Shown in pieces: positions 40,978 through 54,309 of a stretch of 64,000 nucleotides of DNA. The first letter of the stretch is position 1; each line of letters begins with the position of its first letter. The notes under the pieces were generated by a model. It saw only the letters and a program-made list of their open reading frames with translations, searched no databases and was not told the origin of the DNA. Source of the stretch: Octopus sinensis (taxonomy: Eukaryota); NCBI RefSeq assembly GCF_006345805.1, contig NC_042999.1:90334001-90398000 (forward strand). Direction: 5' to 3'. The translations under genes and the position numbers were made by a program.

Positions 40978-41139
40978 CTTATGTTCTAGCAATATAAGTG
41001 TCAACACTCTGAGGCAGGTTTCCACACCAAGTAGTTCTAAGGGCAGATGGAGAGGAAAATCTACTAATGTAAACCGAGTATGATCAGGTAAGGCAAAGAG
41101 AAGAGAAGAGGAAACCATATCTTTCGGTAATACTTGTAC
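40978..41139 (-). CDS. MADD: MADD exon (DENN core): [54 protein letters not shown]
   Basis: Acceptor tttcag, donor gtaagc; 162 nt, phase 0-0. Confidence 0.96.
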
Positions 41140-41377
41140 CTGAAATAAAAAGATAGGTAAAACAGAAATATTCCCACCTGAGTATTAATATAGTAAATAT
41201 ACACTATATGTTTATAATAATTGCCATAAACAATAATTTTCATAAAATTATCAATTTTAATTTTTGTGAATCAAGTTTTTACTTGAATGACAACTGCAAG
41301 TGCAATTTAAATACTTTGAAGAGAAGTCTAAGTTTTATCAAATTCAATTAAAAACTTTCAACATATATTGGTTTCAA

Positions 41378-41580
41378 ATTTTGACACAAGGCTAGCAATT
41401 TTGGGGAGTGGGTAAGTTGATTACATTGACCCCAGTGCACAACTGGTACTTATTTTATTGACTCTGAAAGGATGAAAGGCAAAGTTGACCTCAGCAGAAT
41501 TTGAACTCTGAGCATAAAGACAAACAAAATACCACAAAGCGTTTTGCCCAGCATGCCAACGATTCTGCCAGCTCATTTTC
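41378..41580 (-). mobile_element. tRNA-SINE, older copy of the 28400 family
   Basis: Shares gaaaggatgaaaggcaaagt-gacctc-gc-gaatttgaactc with 28400-28632. Confidence 0.85.
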
Positions 41581-42412
41581 TGCATATATTAAAAACATTA
41601 GCAAAAAAAAACCCCTTTAAATTTGATGTTGATTTATATATAAGATCCAATATATTCTTTGTGAATCAGTTGGAAACAGTTTGTGATAGATGATGAAAAC
41701 ATGAAAATAGCACACATTAAAATACAAACATTATATATAAGTATAGTAACATATCAACAATAGAATGTAGACAAAATATGTACATCTATTATAGTATTAT
41801 CACTGCTAAAACTATAGTTACAACTATTTAGATTTTTTTATATTTTCATTAAAATACTGTATATTCAATATATGTTTTCAAAGTAAATGATAGATACTTA
41901 AAAATAAAGCATAAACTATATTTCTAATTCTTGCAATTTATAGAATGAAGTTGAACAATATAAAAAAAGAAAAAATCTTTGAAATATTTATAACTATATG
42001 ATGTGAGAAAATTGTGTCTGTTTGAAAATATACAATATATGAAATGTAGTTTATGTGTGAATGGCAAAGTTGATAAATACTAACTATTACTAGGATCCAG
42101 ATCAGCCAAGAGAAATTTATAGAATTTTGCTGATGTAAGACTTTTATCAGTTGTCCAGCAGCATTGCATTATATTTTGCTAAACAGTAAATGAAAGATGT
42201 AATTCACCAGAATATGAACCTGCAGTGACTGGAGAAGAAGTTCAGTGTGGTTCATTGAATGCACAATATTAATCTAAGAAAAGATTTAGTTATAAACATG
42301 TTGAGAAATAAACAAGACAAATATAATTTAATGCAAGCTGTAAAATCAACATGTTACATGACGAATGCTTGCTAAAGAATTTGAATATCACAATATATAT
42401 GTTAAATGTATT

Positions 42413-42455
<43 letters not shown>

Positions 42456-45094
42456 TTCTTTTTTGTAACACTTAACCAGTTGAAATAGGAAAGGAGACGA
42501 ATGAAAGTGGATCATGGTAGGAGGAGAGAAATTATCATATACCATGAAAACTAAGACACACTCACACACACACTAATGCAAGCTCACACACCCACATCTA
42601 TATCTATCTGTCTCCCTCTTTCTCCTTTACTCTCTCTCTCTCTCTCTCTCATTGCTCATACGTGACCAATGTCCATCTTTCTTTTCCTTCAGGGCTGTTG
42701 TAAAGACTGCACATATCCTTTCTATCTCTCTCTTTTATCTTTTCTCTTGTCAAAGAAAATATTTCTCCACCGTTCACTATTTTACCTTTGTCTGGTCTAA
42801 CGACCCTCCATGTTTGTTTTTGTTTGGTTTCCTTGTATGTCTCCACTGTCCTGTTTTTGTTCTCAACTTTGACGCTCCATAAATCCCAAATTTTCTTTTG
42901 GCTTTTGTTATTTACAGTTTGTGACGTCCTGTACCCATATATGCATATATATATATAAATATATATATATATGTATATATACATATAGTGTCCAACCCAT
43001 CCCAGCATGGAAAACAAATGTTGAAGGATGATAATGTTATATATATACATAACTACATCACAAGGATTATGATGTAACAATAGAATTTGATGATTTTTCC
43101 ACTACATTTTTGGTGTCCTCAAATTCATGTCTCAAGCAAAATCTGTTTGCAATCAAACACACACAAACTAAAAGCTGAAATATTGACATTAAACAGAGCA
43201 TACTGTTCAGAGCTGTTGAATTTGTTCCACTTTATGATTCAACATAAGCTCTAAATTATTTGAGTTGTTCTGTTTATTTCTGCATTCAAAAGTTCACTCT
43301 GCTGCCTTCTTCATCTCATCCTGTTCATAAAATGTGATGACCAAATTAATTTTCTTCTTTATCATCCATCAACATCGTTTAACGTCCGTTTTCCATGCTA
43401 GGTAAATCTAATCAATAATTTGTACAAATGTTTGAATCAGTTTCATCTCAAAATTTATCAAGAGAGAACATAAATATGAAATGGGTTGATAAAATTCTAG
43501 TTTTCTGGAATATTCATATCATCCTTTGACCAACCTATGGTTGGTTGGAACCCTATTGACAATCCCTTTCCACACTACACGGTCCTGCATTGCCGTGTTC
43601 AGATCCAGCCCTGAGTCCGAAGATATAGTACCTGGAAATGTCAGTTTCCTGGAGAAAACACTTCCAGAGGGATACCATAGGAGCAGGGATGAGATAACCT
43701 CTTTCTCTGCTCAATGACAGTGGCCAGCAAATTGTGGCTGTTTCTGTTTTAGCTCAAGGGATATTGCTATCAGATTTCCAAAGATGTTACTAAGTGTTGA
43801 GTGTGATCGCCAACTGATGTTCCATATCTTTCTCAACAGGTTGATATATGGTCAGGTCGCTCTTTAGTGCTACTGGTAACATGTAACCCAGTACAAACTG
43901 TCACATGGTTGGGTTGTCGGCAACTAACTGGAAGTCCATCAAGCTTGCTTGGTGAGGAGGGTGATGTTGGACACCCTGCGGGATGAAAAGCCCTGTCAAA
44001 GGGCGGAAGAACTACTGTGTAGTCAATGGCCAATTCAACAATGTTTGATTGTGACGCATGTGTGAAAGCTTGTTTGTTTGTGTGTGTGTGTGTGTGCATG
44101 TATTTTTGTGAGTGTTGTGTTCAACATATTGTATAACATTTAAAATTTTTATGTACTTCTACATCCTTAAATTTATTTTATTCTCTTGTCTCTATTTTAT
44201 CTTCATCTTTCTATCTGTGATTAGGGTATGTGGGGGTACACCCCACATGGCATAATGTCCATGCCCTGAGCTGAGGTAAATGCAGCCTGCCTAGGAGAAG
44301 GAAATCTCTTATAAGAAAAACCAGCCACATAACTGAAATACCAAGTTGATGTCTGGCGCAGGATAAATTTATCTCATTGTTAGGGAGAAGTCTTAAGCCT
44401 TGGGTGGCAATCTCCCTTGGGATGGTCTCATATGTAAAAATACTTGGATGTAGCACTGGTGATCCACTTCTGTATCAGCTACTGAAAGAAATACCATGAT
44501 GTCTGGAATATTAACCGTATCCTCAATGAGTATAATTATAATCTGCACTATGTTTCAATTGATTGATTTCTGGTTGTTATCTAGGGTTTTCTACCTAAAT
44601 GTCATAGTCAAAACAACTAGAATTAGGAACCTAAGGATAATAACATTTTTATCTATTAGGTCACTGACAGAAGTACAACTATTGTTAAGTTATAGGTTAT
44701 TAAATTTACTTTTCGGGTAGTGGTAGCTATATTCTCTACATTGTTCCTTTCTTTCCTGGATATGTAAAAGAGATATTTTCAGTCACATCACTGCTGCACT
44801 CATGTATTGCTATCCTCCATCATATAGGTGGCATGGTGTGGGAAAGCTGGTGTGATAGAAGAGAACAAGAGAGATAGGGGATGACAAAAAGAAAAGAAAT
44901 AGGAAGGTTGAATGAGTGGTGTTGCAGGTCTTATTAACTCCTGGATCAATGCTGGTTTGGCATATGGTGTCTAGATTGCATATGGGTGATGCATGGCTGG
45001 AGAAAGTTAAGGAGGATAGAAGGGCTGTATCTTTTGCAGAAGAGTGGGCATTGTCAGTGTGGCAGTAAGGAGGTTGTTAATGAATAGAAAGAAG

Positions 45095-45320
45095 AGAGTG
45101 AAGAATAAATCTGAATCCTAGAGCACACCAGAGTTGGTCAAGATTGGTACAAAAAGAACTTCATCAACATATGCTGTGATGATGCAATCCAAAGTTTCCA
45201 AACCAAGAGATGACAGATGGGTGGAGTCCATAGGTGGGAAATCCTGACATATTCAAAGGCTTTGATGATATGCAAGTCAGAAATATTGCTTTCATCAAGC
45301 AACTTTAAAGCAAAAACTTA
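45095..45320 (-). mobile_element. Decayed LINE RT remnant
   Basis: Minus-strand IIKAFEYV...YGLHPSVISWFGNF...TNSGV. Confidence 0.5.
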
Positions 45321-45364
45321 TTGGTGAGTGACATAAGAGCAATTCTATAGAAGTGAGGAGTTCT

Positions 45365-45367
45365 TTC

Positions 45368-45464
<97 letters not shown>
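45365..45464. repeat. (GA)n microsatellite, about 100 bp
   Basis: Perfect AG run. Confidence 0.97.
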
Positions 45465-45466
<2 letters not shown>

Positions 45467-46036
45467 AAAGTACTGGAAAGTGTCATTGTTAATGGTGGTC
45501 TCCTTTACCTTAAAGCTGTTAAAAAATGAGTGCTACAGGGTAATTGTTAGCTGGATCAGAACTGCTTTTCTTTGAAATAGATCTACTGAAGTATGCTACT
45601 GAACTTCAAGGCATATTCCTATAGAAAGTGAGAGATTAAAGAGTCCGGCAGATATAGGAGTAAGTTCACTCCTTGATGGTAGTGGCAAATTTTCTCTTTG
45701 TTTAACACTGATTCTTTAGACTAGATGAACTCTCAACTGGAGCTGATGATCGATTTTATTAGTTGATGTTTCATCCACTGAAAAATCTTTTGCTTCTTGA
45801 GAACCAGAAGCTGTCAGTATTCTGAGAATACTTGATAGCTTAGAATATGTGATCAAGGTCTCAAGAGACAAAGACAAATAATAATTAAAAAATATGATCG
45901 TTTCTTTTTAAATGAACTTCAGTAAGAATAAAAAACAAAAATTTATTGCCGACAGAGAAAGAAACAAAAAATTTGATAAAGAGATTAATTCACATTTAAA
46001 GTTTTGTTTATAAGTGACAATTGAATGATTATTTAC

Positions 46037-46178
46037 CTCTACCCTGGTTTTTGCTGGCACCGGTACAGGTGCACTAAGCAGACGTAACATCCAGATTTCT
46101 ATTTCTCGAATTTCATGAAGAACCAAACCAGGAATACTGTCAGTACATTGTCCGGTCAAAACACTCCATACTGTATCC
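46037..46178 (-). CDS. MADD: MADD exon: (R)DTVWSVLTGQCTDSIPGLVLHEIREIEIWMLRLLSAPVPVPAKTRVE
   Basis: Acceptor ttccag, donor gtaaat; 142 nt, phase 2 to 0. Resembles human RDTMWRIFTG...LREIEAWIYRLLRSPVPV. Confidence 0.92.
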
Positions 46179-46309
46179 CTGGAATTTAGAATTCAACATT
46201 GATTTATGTTTTAACTGAAAAAAACTTTGTAACATTATATTTATTGGTGAATAAAAAGCACTTTTCCCCATATTTTTTTGGGTGTATAATGTGAAAAATA
46301 AATGATTCC

Positions 46310-46645
46310 TGGTATGCCTGAGTGGTAAGAAGTTTGTTAGGTACCGATATAACTGTGTGGTAAGAAGTTTGCTTCATAACTACATTGTTCCAGGTTCAAT
46401 CCCATTGTGTGGCACCTTGGACAAGTGTCATCTACTATAGCCTCGGGCCAACCAAAGCTTTGTGAGTGGATTTGGTAATTGGAAACTGAAAGAAGTTCAT
46501 CTTATATGTATGTATATATCATTGTATGAGTGCATGTTTGTGTTTGTCTCTAACAACCACTTGATAACCAAAGTTAGTTTATCTATGTCCCCACAACTTA
46601 GCAGTTCAGAAAAAGTGACTAATAGAATAAGTAACCGACTTTAAA
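46310..46645 (+). mobile_element. tRNA-derived SINE with a duplicated head
   Basis: gtggtaagaagtttg occurs twice; B box ggttcaatccc; CORE-like ggcaccttggacaagtgtc. Confidence 0.75.
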
Positions 46646-46939
46646 AAAAAAAATATTCGAGATATCCACAGAAGTAATGTCTCATCTAGCTGTAAAAGGT
46701 GTATAAATCTGTAAACACAGTCATGTTACTATTGTATTAGTACAAAATGATAATAGAATAAACTAAATAAAATTTTTATATATTTATATATTTTATAATT
46801 TCAAAAAAATGCTACTTCATATAAAATTTAACTAAGAGATTTGTATGCTTCAATATATCATTTTATAAAAAGCACGTAGAAATAAAATTTAAGATTTAAA
46901 AAACAAAAACATTTTCATATGTATTTTTTCTTTTCTATT

Positions 46940-47240
46940 AGATCCAACCAAAATGCAGATATATGGGAAACTACCACCTGTGTCATCTCTTGTGAAAGGT
47001 AGGAGAGTCCAGTTTGCTGGACATTGTTGTAGAGCTGAAAACGAGGCAATTTCTACTCTTCTCCTCTGGAAGCCATCTACTCGCAATACCAGAGGGCGCA
47101 CACTCTCCTACTCTGATGTAATCTCCAGGGATACAAGCATCCAGCAACAGGACCTCCGTAATGCCATGATGGACTGTGAAGTCTGGCGTAGCATGGTAAA
47201 TTCCATTGTCTCAACCACGGTCGAACAATGATGATGATGA
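46940..47240 (+). mobile_element. 5'-truncated RTE/RTEX-type LINE end with an intact terminal frame and (TGA)n tail
   Basis: ORF 46953-47231 (RRVQFAGHCCR...LLLWKP...RGRTLSYSDVI...VW) ends directly in tgatgatgatga. Confidence 0.8.
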
Positions 47241-48669
47241 GATCTTTGTTAGGATCTTCATTATTGGCATAATTAATATTTTATAATTCTAGTCGATGGA
47301 CAGGTCTGAACAATGTCTCTATCCTTTGTTATTATCATTCTCACTTAATACTTAACCCACTTCATCCCACCTATACCTCCCTTCATGTTCAATTTGTGCT
47401 ACTTATCACTCTCATGCACATCATCTAAACCAGTGATTTAATTGGGAGCCTTACTTTTAGGGACTATGTGGAATAAAAAAAAGGAAAATTAAGGGGTTAC
47501 AAAAGTTTCTGAAAATACCACATACATATTTAACAGCCAAACATATAAGATCACCACATCATAATTATTATCTCATTGTTTGTGCAAACTTCAATGCATA
47601 AGAACTGGTCACTACAACAGTTTACAACTATGTGTTGTTTAGCATTAAAACTAAGATACAAGGAAATCATATAGAAACAATAGCATTTATTATTATTTTA
47701 TATTTTTATCACTTAAAATTAGACTTCTGAATCTACAAGAGCTGCATACTTGACAAAGGAATTCTGTTTATATCTCTTAAATGCAATTAAATACATTTAA
47801 GAGAAATAAACAGAAATTTTCTGCCAGAATATGAAGAACTCAATGCAAAACAGAGGTGTCAACTGTCATTAAATCCAAAGCATATTCAACTTATTTTTCT
47901 CCAGATTTTATAGAAGCTCACTCTTACCTCCGCAAATGAAGCAGTTAATATAAGTAATTAGAGCAAATATTTAATAGCTGACAATCTAGCCTAATAGTAG
48001 CTGCAAATTATTTGACACAAAAGTTTTCTCAAACCAGACAGAAGACATAATATAAATTAAGTGTGATGATATACAGTTATTAAATATGAATGAAAACTTG
48101 GATCTGTTGTGATTGTAAATGGACCAGTTGCATAAGGTCTATTATAAGATGCAAGAAAGTTTCTGAACGAGAGAATGAATTAACCTAAATATGGTGAGAT
48201 GACATCTAATACAAATAGATGATGTATGATAGTTTAAAATGTGGTATTAATTTGCAGTGAAGGTGTGCTTTCTAGAGGTATTTTAAAAAGACAGGAGTAG
48301 TAAGGACTGACATTAAAGATGACAATGCATCAACATAGAGTGAAAAATACCTTTTTAGACTCAAACAAACAATGCCAGAATAGGATAAAAAGGCATAATA
48401 GTGTGAAGTTAAGGCACTGGACACTAATATTAAGGTACAGACTATACGGTCTGGTCAGAGGTTCTAACCTTACAATGACAGTCATTGAGTTAAGTTCCCA
48501 TCCACAAACATAACTCTGCATGCCCACAACACTTCTTGGTTTATAAATAGTTACTTATGAATAAAAAGATAGCTAGTTGTAAAAACAATACATCAAAAAA
48601 AAAAAGAAAAACCCAAAAAACTCTCGTTCATGCAACCATGCAAAAACAATACAAGTTGTTATACATTGC

Positions 48670-49525
48670 ATACATATATATACACATACATATGTATATA
48701 TACATATATACACATACATATATATACACATACATATGTATATATACATATATACATACATATATATACACATATATATAAACACATATACATACATATA
48801 TATATATAAACACATATACATACATATATATATATAAACACATATACATACATATATATATATAAACACATATACATACATATATATATATAAACACATA
48901 TACATATAAACACATATACATACATATATATATACACATATACATACATATATATATACACACATATACATACATATATATATAAACACATATACATACA
49001 TATATATATATATACACATATACATACATATATATATATATACACATATACATACATATATATATATATACACATATACATACATATATATATACATACA
49101 TACATATATACACACATATATACATACATATATATATATACACACATATATACATACATATATATATATACACATATATACATAAATATATATATACACA
49201 CATATATACATAAATATATATATACATACATACATAAATATATATATACACACATATACATACATACATATATACACACATATATACATACATACATATA
49301 TACACACATATATACATACATATATATACACATATATACATACATATATATACACATATATACATAAATATATATATACATACACATATATACATACACA
49401 TATATACATACATATATATATACACATATATACATACATATATATATACACATATATACATAAATATATATATACACATATATACATAAATATATATATA
49501 CACATAAATATATATATACATACAC

Positions 49526-49556
<31 letters not shown>

Positions 49557-50872
49557 CACATATACATATACACACATATACATATATACATATACACATA
49601 TATATATACACATATACATATACACATATATATACACATATACATATACACACATATACATATATATATACATATATATATATACGTACACATATATATA
49701 TACATACATATATATATACACATACACATATATATACATATACACATATACATATATATATACATACATACATACATATATACATACATACATACATATA
49801 TATATACACATAAACATACATATATATATATATATATATACATACATATATATATATATACATACATACATACATATATATACACATATAAACATAAATA
49901 CATATATATACACATATAAACATAAATACATATATATATATATACATCTATATATATATATATCATCATTATCATCACCGGCATATATATACACATATAT
50001 ACACACATATATATATACATATATATACACATATATACATATACACACATATATATATACATATACACACATATATATATACATATACACACATATATAT
50101 ATACATATAAACACATATATATACATATATATATATATACACCATATACACAAACATATACATATACACATATATACATACATATACATATATATATGCA
50201 CATATATACATACATATATATATGCACATATATACATACATATACATACATATACATATATATATACACATATATACAGACATACATATATATACACATA
50301 TATACATACATATACATATATATACACATATATACATACATATACATATATATACACATATATACATACATATATATATATATATACACACACATATATA
50401 TATACACACACACATATATATATACACACACACACATATATATATATATACATGCATATAAATATACACATACATACATATATATATACACATATATACA
50501 TACATACATATATATATACACATATATACATACATACATATATATATACACATATATATATATACATACATATATATACACATATATACATACATACATA
50601 TATATCCACATATATACATACATACATATATATCCACATATATACATACATATGTATAAATATATATATATATATACATATATACATACATATACACATA
50701 TGTATATATATATACATACATATACATATATGTGTATATATATACATACATATACATATGTGTATATATATACATACATATACATATATGTGTATATACA
50801 CACATATACATATATGTATATATACAAACATATACATATATGTATTATACACACATATACATATATGTATAT
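48670..50872. repeat. About 2.2 kb (TACA/TA)n compound microsatellite with local higher-order units
   Basis: Contains repeated units of about 30 bp (aaacacatatacatacatatatatatat) near 48780-48920. Confidence 0.97.
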
Positions 50873-51445
50873 CATTATCATCAACATTTAACGTCCGCTT
50901 TCCATGCTGGCATGGGTTGGACGGTTCAACTGGGGTCTGGGAAGCTAGAAGGCTGCACCAGGCCCAGTCTGATCTGGCAGTGTTTCTACAGCTGGATGCC
51001 CTTCCTAACGCCAACCACTCCGTGAGTGTAGTGGGTGCTTTTTACGTGCCACCGGCACAAGTGTCAGACAGGGCTGGCAGACGGCCACGATCAGATGGTG
51101 CTTTTTACGTGCTACCGGCACGGGGACCAGAAGAAGCTGGCAACGGCCATGGTTGGATGGTGCTTTTTACGTGCCACCGGCACGCAGGCCAGTCGGGCGA
51201 CGCTGGCTACGGCCACGCTCGGATGGTTCTCTTACGTGTCACTGGCACTGGTATCACAGCTACAAATTCCATTGATGTCGATAGATTATGATTTTGATTT
51301 TGATCGTCACTTGCCTCAACAGGTCTTCACAAGTGGAGTCTTGTGTCCCAAGAAGGAAAGGAATGCATAGGTGGGCTGGCTACATCCCAGGTGTAGGCCA
51401 CAGGATTATGGCCTCACTTGTCCTGCCGGGTCTTCTCACGCACAC
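50870..51445 (-). mobile_element. RTE LINE 3' UTR with internal sub-repeats of about 58 bp
   Basis: The minus strand begins gtgcgtgagaagacccggc (ORF end REKTR); the ggtgctttttacgtgcc unit recurs about 4 times; ends in a GAT tail. Confidence 0.85.
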
Positions 51446-52195
51446 ACATACATATATGTATATATACATATATATATAATTAATTTGGTAGGGGCATTTG
51501 AATTATAACGTCGGATGTAATCAATTGAACCACACGTGTATTTATTGTTATGGTAAAATCTGGCGTGTGATTGAGTGGATTTCATCCAGATAGTTTTGGC
51601 TGAGGAGCTACAAGTGAGTTTTTTGTGAGTAAAATTACATTTAATTCATTAATAGCGAAACAATTGTCCCAAAATAATCTGTATTTTTGTTATTTTTTAT
51701 TTGCCCTGTTCGTGTGAGCTAACAATCGTACTGACTTTCATGGGAAACATGTATTTTTGTGGTTGAAACCTTTTGGATTTACTAGTGCTAGAGTGAGCCA
51801 CATAGTGACCACTCTCTTATATTTATTTTTACATATATATATACATATATGTATATATACATATATCTATATATGCATACATATACATATATCTATATAT
51901 ACATACATATACATATATCTATATATACATACATATACATATATCTATATATACATACATATACATATATCTATATATACATACATATATCTATATATAC
52001 ATACATATACGTATATAGACATACATATACATATATATACACATATGTATACATATACATATATATATACATATAAACATACATATATATATACACACAC
52101 ACACCTATATATATCTAATGTATAAGAAAATTTTTTCTAAAAATAATTTTTTCAATGGCCAGCATATTAAAAAAATACCGTTAAAGGTTAAATTT

Positions 52196-52506
52196 ATAAA
52201 CAACTTATAAATAAGGGCAAACGAAAAAATTTCTGATGCCAAATATGCCGAAATTGGACATATTGTCCATAATCATATAATTTTTCACAATACACACGCT
52301 ACCCAAAAAAAGTTAACAGAAATTTCTGAAAAATTCCATTATTACCATATTGGACCGATTTCAGGGTTAGTTCAAAGAAACCCTCCCTTCGTCATTGACC
52401 TTTTTTGAGTAGCGTGCATATTGTGAAAAATTATATGGTTATGGACAATTTCGACATATTTGGCATTAGAAATTTTTTCGTTTGCCCTTTTTTATAAGTT
52501 GTTTAT
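52196..52506. mobile_element. MITE-like element, inverted repeats of about 120 bp around a 78-bp spacer
   Basis: ataaacaacttataaataagggcaaacg... pairs with ...cgtttgcccttttttataagttgtttat; TA-rich flanks. Confidence 0.8.
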
Positions 52507-52512
52507 ATATAT

Positions 52513-53049
52513 ATACACTTCCGCCTTCTCCAAAAATCCCTCTTCCGGACAACTTTTTACTTAAAAGGCAACCCACAATATGTGCTCTCTCTCTCTCATT
52601 CATCTACCAGCTATATAATCCCGTGCACAGATAAGTTTGAATGCCTATTTCCACTCCTAGACTGATCATACATGTTTCTCTATCTATCTAACTATTTTAT
52701 CTGATTTCTATCTATTTTGTCTGATTTGTTCATTTCTCCTCTCGCCTATGATCGACCTTCGTGTATCGCCATCTTGAAACCTGTTTCCTTTAATACACTT
52801 CCGCCTTCTCCGAAAATCCCTCTTCCGGACAACTTTTTACTTAAAAGGCAACCCACAACATGTGCTCTCTCTCTCTCATTCATCTACCAGCTATATAATC
52901 CCGTGCACAGATAAGTTTGAATGCCTATTTCCACTCCTAGACTGATCATACATGTTTCTCTATCTATCTAACTATTTTATCTGATTTCTATCTATTTTGT
53001 CTGATTTGTTCAATTCTCCTCTCGTCTATGATCGACCTTCGTGTATCGC
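52513..53049. repeat. Tandem direct duplication, period 280 bp
   Basis: 52513-52769 is nearly identical to 52793-53049. Confidence 0.95.
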
Positions 53050-53298
53050 GGTGCAAAGCCCTGCCCACCCCCACCCCCACTACCGGATATCTCTATTTCT
53101 GCTCCATCTATACCAGATGTTGCTTCTTCCACCACCATTATAGGTGTCTACTCTTCGAACCCCCTCTTCAATACGCTATTTCACCATGCATTACCCCTCT
53201 CTTGATATCCTACGTTCTACTTGCCTACAACCTGTCATCATTTCTCTGAACCACCCCTCCCCACTGGTGCTCCCCTATATTCCTGCACCCCCCCCACA

Positions 53299-53544
53299 TA
53301 AAAAGCACCATCCGAACGTGGCCGATGCCAGACCCCTCTGGCACCTGTGCAGGTGGCACGTAAAAAGCACCCACTACACTCGCGGAGTGGTTGGCGTTAG
53401 GAAGGGCATCCAACTGTAGAAACACTGCCAGACCAGACTGGAGCCTGGGGCAGTCCCTAGCTCCCCAGACCCCGGTCGAAACCGTCCAACCCGTGCTAGC
53501 GCGGAAAACGGACGTTAAACGATGATGATGATGATGATGATGAT
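53299..53544 (+). mobile_element. Young RTE 3' UTR copy with (GAT)n tail
   Basis: CpG-intact; ends aaccgtccaacccgtgctagcgcggaaaacggacgttaaac(gat)n. Confidence 0.88.
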
Positions 53545-53851
53545 ATGTATATTTTCTAACAAGATAATATACGTGTATTTATTTAATTATTTTATTGCTT
53601 TTATGTTGAACTGGATGAGTGACTATATTTAAATTGAACTGATTTTACTGTTATCAGTTTGAAAATGTAGCCTCGAAACACGTGTAGTCTTTTTACTATT
53701 TATTTACTATTTATCTATTATTTTGCACTTTACTTAATTATAGGTATATGTTTTATCGTATTTTCAATTTTTGCTATATATTTTGATTCAATTATATCAG
53801 TGTTGAATTGCTACATGGTGGTTCTTCTCTAATTGATATAAATATTCATAC

Positions 53852-53938
<87 letters not shown>

Positions 53939-54309
53939 TTATTTATATGGGCGGTGGGCTTGTGTTGAGTAATTTTGCATTTTAAAGAATTTACTTTATG
54001 ACATAAGGTGTGAATGGTGCCACAAAGATTACATAAAGCAAACGAGCCTTACCCTCAGAGAAAGGATGACACTTCACCGCCAACAATTGAGGGATCCCAC
54101 CACAAGACACTTAGTGTGTATTTAGATCTCTGTGCGCACAAGTCCCCCAAATTCCTAGTTTTACCACTATACCAATGCCCGGACAACACCACTGACTAGA
54201 CACGAATAAATAGGGAAAATAATCTTATTCAAAAATACAGACCTCAACTCAACATACTATAACAAACCTCTCAGGTATGCATCCAAAACGAACGCATACT
54301 GAAACACAT

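Noticed and set aside
47926-47980. GAG|GTAAGA donor with an upstream cag acceptor (50 nt)
   Set aside because: Stops in all three frames and no similarity to the expected upstream MADD peptide.
48573-51014. 813-aa ORF and overlapping 230-740 aa ORFs rich in Y/I/C/V/M
   Set aside because: They are translations of (TA/TACA)n microsatellite, which lacks stop codons; no protein signal.
51020-51260. Regularly spaced repeat-spacer-like pattern resembling CRISPR
   Set aside because: The inter-repeat segments are homologous to each other, the array lies in a eukaryotic LINE 3' UTR, and no cas genes are present.
53655-53695. Possible second hammerhead (gaaacacgtgta palindromic stem III)
   Set aside because: The CUGANGA box is missing (tttgaaaa); at best a degenerate relic.
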